Part shown: positions 60,013 through 64,000 of the stretch, piece after piece
How positions within the stretch are numbered: position 1 is the first letter of the stretch
Layout: each line of letters opens with the position of its first letter
Assembly: GCA_964291625.2 (NCBI GenBank)
Contig: OZ220089.1
Location: forward strand, 1,472,001 to 1,536,000
Reading direction: 5' to 3'
Origin: Candidatus Latescibacterota bacterium
GTDB taxonomy: Bacteria > Latescibacterota > UBA2968 > UBA8231
Length of the DNA stretch: 64,000 nt
Translations under genes and position numbers: made by a program
Notes under the pieces: model-generated
Database searches by the model: none
What the model was told of the DNA's origin: nothing
What the model saw: only the letters and a program-made list of their open reading frames with translations

Positions 60013-60087
60013 CGGAGGAGAAGAAGGGAAGGGACCTCCCAAGGGAAGGCACCAGAGGTCCCCGGATCAGCCCCTTCTCCCCCTCCG
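60013..60087. other. long imperfect hairpin downstream of the His1 operon
   Basis: CGGAGG/CCTCCG, AGAAGGG/CCCTTCT and GGGACCTC/GAGGTCCC nested stems. Confidence 0.45.
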
Positions 60088-60092
60088 ATCAA

Positions 60093-60626
60093 TCAGGGGT
60101 CGAGGATCTTCGTCCTCGTGCAGTTTGGTTCAGGATTCACCCACTCCCCGTCATAGTAGTAGGTGGTCCCGTTCTTGTCCTCCGAGTCGTTGGAGATCAG
60201 CAGTGCGTCGTTGTGGCACTTGATCCCCGCCGCGGAGAAGTCGAACGTTGCGCACTCGGCTACGGCATCCCCTCTTTCCCATACGTCGTCAGGGCAGTCG
60301 GATTCCTTGGACGTGCACTGAGGCTCGTATCTCGGGTCCCCGTCGAGGCGGGCGATAACCTCGGTGGTTGTCCACTCTCTGGTGTGGTAGTGGTAGTACA
60401 GAGCTTTGCCCCGGCCCACTCCGTCGTGCGGCACCGGGAGCACCTTGTACACGTCTTTCCGCTCCCACCGGGTGTCTATCACGGTTTGAGACGGGAACTT
60501 GCAGCCCCAGCAGTCATACAGCTTCTTGGGCGTCCCGATCCTGTGCTTGTAGCCGTGTCCCTCGGCCTCCTTGACCGCCAGCCCCAGGACCGCGACCACC
60601 AGCCCGACGACGATAGTGATTCTCAT
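60093..60626 (-). CDS. secreted His/Cys-rich hypothetical protein (paralog B)
   Basis: GGAGG RBS; 23-aa signal peptide ending AEG, then HG; HYHTREWTT. Confidence 0.8.
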   Translation of the reverse strand: MRITIVVGLVVAVLGLAVKEAEGHGYKHRIGTPKKLYDCWGCKFPSQTVIDTRWERKDVYKVLPVPHDGVGRGKALYYHYHTREWTTTEVIARLDGDPRYEPQCTSKESDCPDDVWERGDAVAECATFDFSAAGIKCHNDALLISNDSEDKNGTTYYYDGEWVNPEPNCTRTKILDP

Positions 60627-60647
60627 GCTTTCCTCCCTGCGAGTGAG

Positions 60648-61226
60648 TTAGAACGAAAAGAACGCCTCAGTCCTCGCCCCTCCTAAAGCAAGGCTAAAGA
60701 TGGTTCGCACGATGTCTCGGCCGTCCCTGGGCCGGTTCATCCTGGTGTAACGCAAGGACACTCCTTTCTGAGTCCGCAGGCCGACCCGGTTGAAGGGCCT
60801 CCAGGCTACCCCGATCCCTGTTCCGCACCCCAAAATCAAGGTGCTGCCCTTTAGCTCTCCTTCGCTGGTGTGTCGGCTACTCCTTTCGGATAAGCTGACG
60901 AACCAGAAGGGTTTGATTTTGCCCTTGCCCTCCCGGTAGCGGTGGTGGATCAGGCTTATCTCTGCGCTGACCCTACCGGCTTCGAGGTCTCCGATCTCCT
61001 CTTTCACCCACTCCCCTTCTGGCCCCGTGGTGACCTGTGATACCTCACCCTGGCTGCTGGAGATCAACCCTCCTATTTCCAGTCCCCAGGCCGAGCTACC
61101 GCTGCTCCTCCAGACGCTGACCTTGTCCATGTCAGGTACGGTCAGCCCAAGAGCATACTTATCCTCCGGCTCGGCATCGGCCCAGGTGAAGGCCAATGCC
61201 GAGCCTACGAAGATGAGCCTTTTCAC
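60648..61226 (-). CDS. putative outer-membrane beta-barrel protein
   Basis: GTG overlapping the upstream stop; signal peptide; alternating strands (KPFWFVSL, GTGIGVAWRPFNRVGL); C-terminal ...AFFSF. Confidence 0.7.
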   Translation of the reverse strand: MKRLIFVGSALAFTWADAEPEDKYALGLTVPDMDKVSVWRSSGSSAWGLEIGGLISSSQGEVSQVTTGPEGEWVKEEIGDLEAGRVSAEISLIHHRYREGKGKIKPFWFVSLSERSSRHTSEGELKGSTLILGCGTGIGVAWRPFNRVGLRTQKGVSLRYTRMNRPRDGRDIVRTIFSLALGGARTEAFFSF

Positions 61227-61732
61227 GAGGTCTTGCGCACATACCAGCAGGGGTAGTAGTGGTGGTAATAGTAGTAGTCGTAGCCGGAGATTCCGTCGTC
61301 CACGGGCAGGTAGGTTTCTTCCGGGTAACCGTCCTGGCAATTCGTGTCGTTGTAGAAGCAGTAGCCGAGGGAGTTCCCATACGGCTTTTTGACCTTCTCG
61401 TCCGCGCACTTGCTCTCCCACACGTCACAGTCGTAGGAGTAGCGGGGGTGGGGATAGGTGAAGTCCTGGGAGGTTGTCCACTCGGATACGTGGTAGTGGT
61501 TGACCGGATTGACGGCCTTGCTGTGGGTGTCGCCGCCGGGGTCCTCGCTGTACAGGTTGGATCTCTTCCAGGTGGTTGTCACCCGGTAGATGGAGAGCCC
61601 GCTTACGCAGGCCTCTCTTTCTCCGATCTTCTGCTTCTCCCCCTTCCTGACCAGTGATCCGTGCCCGTAAACGTCACTGACGATCAGGACGCATCCGAGC
61701 AGAAGGAGTCCCGCCAAAATCTTGCAGCGCAT
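61223..61732 (-). CDS. secreted His/Cys/Tyr-rich hypothetical protein (paralog A)
   Basis: AAGGAG RBS; 23-aa signal peptide ending VYG, then HG; HYHVSEWTT. Confidence 0.8.
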   Translation of the reverse strand: MRCKILAGLLLLGCVLIVSDVYGHGSLVRKGEKQKIGEREACVSGLSIYRVTTTWKRSNLYSEDPGGDTHSKAVNPVNHYHVSEWTTSQDFTYPHPRYSYDCDVWESKCADEKVKKPYGNSLGYCFYNDTNCQDGYPEETYLPVDDGISGYDYYYYHHYYPCWYVRKTS

Positions 61733-61736
61733 GATT

Positions 61737-61856
61737 CTACTCCTTGAGAGGAGCCCACTCGTCAGTGAGCTTCTCGATGATGAAGAATTTTGCCTCGAAA
61801 GACTTGCTGATCTCCGAGGCGGATTTGCGGCACTTGTCGATGGTGCCGCATGCTAG
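61737..61856 (-). pseudogene. 3' fragment of an upstream gene truncated by insertion
   Basis: Open frame ACGTIDKCRKSASEISKSFEAKFFIIEKLTDEWAPLKE* ending 4 nt before the paralog A start. Confidence 0.35.
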
Positions 61857-61872
61857 GGGTCTCTGCGGAACG

Positions 61873-63442
61873 TGTCAATGCGAATGAGACACTTCGGTTG
61901 ATAGTTTACTGTCCTCCTTCGGCTCGCATTCGATGGTCTTCGGAGGCGGGTTGATCCACACTTCGGCCGGGAGTTCGGGCGCCTGGGGCGGCCCCTGGAC
62001 GAAGCGCTCGGGATGGCGTGCGTAGGCGTCCTCGAGGACGCGTTGCCGTTCGGCCTGGAGCGAGCCGGCCCGGCCTTGATGGACGGCTTCCGGGGTCAGC
62101 AGGCCGAGTCCGCTGTGGCGATGTTGGGTGTTGTACCAGGGAAAGAACGAGCGGCAGTAGGTTCGAGCCTGCTCCGGGTCGGCAAAGCGGCCCGGGTAGG
62201 TGCGGGCGTATTTGACCGTTTTGAACTGACTTTCCGAATACGGGTTGTCGTCGGCGGTGCGCGGCCGGCTGTAGCTGGCCCGGATGTCGAGATCGACGAG
62301 CAGCTGCGAGAAGCTCTTGGCCGTCATGGGGGCGCCCCGGTCCTGGTGCAGGGTCAGTTGCCCCGGCGCGATCCCTTGCCGGTGGCAAGCGGCCTCGACC
62401 AGGCGCCGGGCGCGGCCGGCGCTTTCCCCGGTGGCCACCATCCAGGCCACGACGTAGCGCGAAAACAGATCCAGCACCACGTAGAGCGGATACGTCTCCC
62501 CTCGACGCGGACCGGCCAGGCGGGTGATGTCCCACGTCCAGATCTGGTTGGGGGCCGTGGCCACCAGCCGCGGCGGCTCGGCCCGGGGGTGGCGGCGTTG
62601 GCGGCGACGTTCCCGCACCTCGCCGGCGTCGTGCAGCAGACGATACATCGTGCGCACAGAGCACAGGTAGCGGCCTTCCTCCAGCAGGCTCGCGTAGACG
62701 GCGGCCTGACGGCGGCCGGGGCCTGATCGACGAACCGGTCTTCGTGCAGGGTCGCCAGCACCTGGGCGCGTTCGGCCGGCGCCAGGGCGCGAGGCGAACG
62801 GCGCGGGGCCGGACCCGGCCGGGCCCCCGGCCGCTGGCGGTGCCGGTAGATCGAGGCCCGGGGCACCCCCAGAGCCCGGCACGCCGGCGCCACCCCGACC
62901 AAGGGCGCCAACTGTTCGACCGCGGCTCTCATTCGTCGTCGGCGTTGGCGGGCCGGTTCAGGGGGATCCCCAGGATCTCGGAGGCTTTTTTTGGATCTCG
63001 AGAATCGCCTGGGCCTGCGCCAGACGCCGCTGCAGGCGGGCGTTCTCCTGGCGCAGCCGCTCGTTCTCGCGGGCCACCGGGTCGCGGCGACGGCCCTGGG
63101 GCCCCCGGGGTTTGGCCAGGGCCTGCAACGAGCCTTCCCGGCGCGCCCGCCGCCAGGCGGTCAGCTGCGAAGAATACAGGCCCTCGCGGCGCAGCAAGGC
63201 GCCGACCTCGCCCGGCGCCCGGCAGGCCTCGGCTTCTTCCAGGATCCGCAGTTTGTATTGGGCACTGAAGCGACGGCGCTTGGCCCTCTCCGGCACTTCC
63301 GAATCCGGAGCGGGCGCCGCCTTGGAGGGCCCTCCAGGGACCCTGGCTCCCTTCGACCATTGTCCGTGCTCATCCTTGCTCTCCTTGCCGCCCTCCAACA
63401 ATACTAAACTCGGATGGCAAAGTGTCTCACTCTATACTGGCA
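61873..63442 (-). mobile_element. IS3-family IS (degenerate)
   Basis: TG...CA ends with shared TGAGACACTT; no convincing TSD. Confidence 0.85.
61875..63401 (-). pseudogene. IS3 OrfA/OrfB transposase, OrfB frameshifted by an 11-bp duplication near 62700
   Basis: RRRFSAQYKLRIL HTH; A7G run at QKK; WTWDIT, HQDRG, DNPYSESQFKT DDE core. Confidence 0.85.
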
Positions 63443-63825
63443 CGTAGGGCTGGTCGCCGACAACATCGTGCGCCTCGCGCGCCTGCTGTGCCGAACGCGG
63501 TACCAGCCTGCCGAAGGCCAAGCGAATCCTCTCGGCCTCCTCGGCTTTCCATTAGGAATAATACCCTACGGATATGTGATTCTTGTGTGCCTTCCGGGGG
63601 GGCAGGGGATGTTTTCTTGTGTGTCTCGGGCCTATTTTTCAAACGGATTCGACCCCTTCACCCCGAATCAGATCCCGGACCGAGGCGAGCAACATATGAG
63701 ACCTGCGGGCACCTTAGGCGATTGCTATAGCGGGGATTCGGGACGTATGCGTATATTTTCCAGTGACTTGCTGTCGGTGGCCGCCTCCCCCGCCGGCTCC
63801 CCCGCCTTGACGAAGGAGGGGGGCG

Positions 63826-64000
63826 ATGACCGCGATTCTCTCTCTGGCGCCCTTTCAGCAGCGGCAGCTGTGGGAGCGCTTCCGAGATCACACGCACGAA
63901 GCCCTGGATGCGTTGCCGGATCGGCTGGAGGCGGGCATGACCCAACCCGACGGTCTCCCAAGAGCGCGCCGGACTCACCGCAGCCCTGGTGGAGGCCTTC
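63826..64000 (+). pseudogene. possible transposase N-terminus (ISKra4-like), frameshifted, runs off window
   Basis: AAGGAGG RBS; MTAILSLAPFQQRQLWERFRDHTHEALD... / QERAGLTAALVEAF; family assignment weak. Confidence 0.3.

Noticed and set aside
63443-63780. Additional IS5/IS1182-like remnant around the IS3 (GLVADNIVRLARLL; CTAG-GGGTCTCTGCGGAA at 61853)
   Set aside because: Suggestive only; no matching second end could be identified

Overview
High-GC bacterial chromosome segment. The PhyH-dioxygenase expansion, FlgD-type C-terminal sorting domain, a 'WGxVK' tail and TM+coiled-coil microproteins suggest a Latescibacterota/Gemmatimonadota-like, possibly host (sponge)-associated organism; this is inference only. 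1-51 kb is a mosaic of metabolic genes: a divergent citrate synthase / HTH-citrate synthase pair, sugar-acid enzymes, a long-type GAPDH, a Na/Pi symporter, an Ntn acylase, MFS and BCCT transporters, five PhyH-family dioxygenases, eda, sahR-ahcY, a zinc-starvation island (cobW, zur, hisI, lgt, zrgABCD-like), an RNA methyltransferase, an S9 peptidase, two head-to-head DUF2089/SHOCT operons, a Rieske protein and a GGT, plus many eroded toxin-antitoxin and IS relics. At least three accessory blocks are bracketed by diverged direct repeats of host sequence with no integrase nearby. 51-64 kb is a lower-GC island. There, a large cadherin-like/FlgD surface-protein gene has been broken by nested IS elements (IS1182/IS5-like>ISL3, an 89-bp MITE, ISAzo13>IS21). 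Next to it is an intact three-gene operon of two paralogous secreted His1/HxH/Cys proteins flanking an outer-membrane beta-barrel, which is the best candidate for an undescribed system. No rRNA, tRNA or CRISPR array was recognised.
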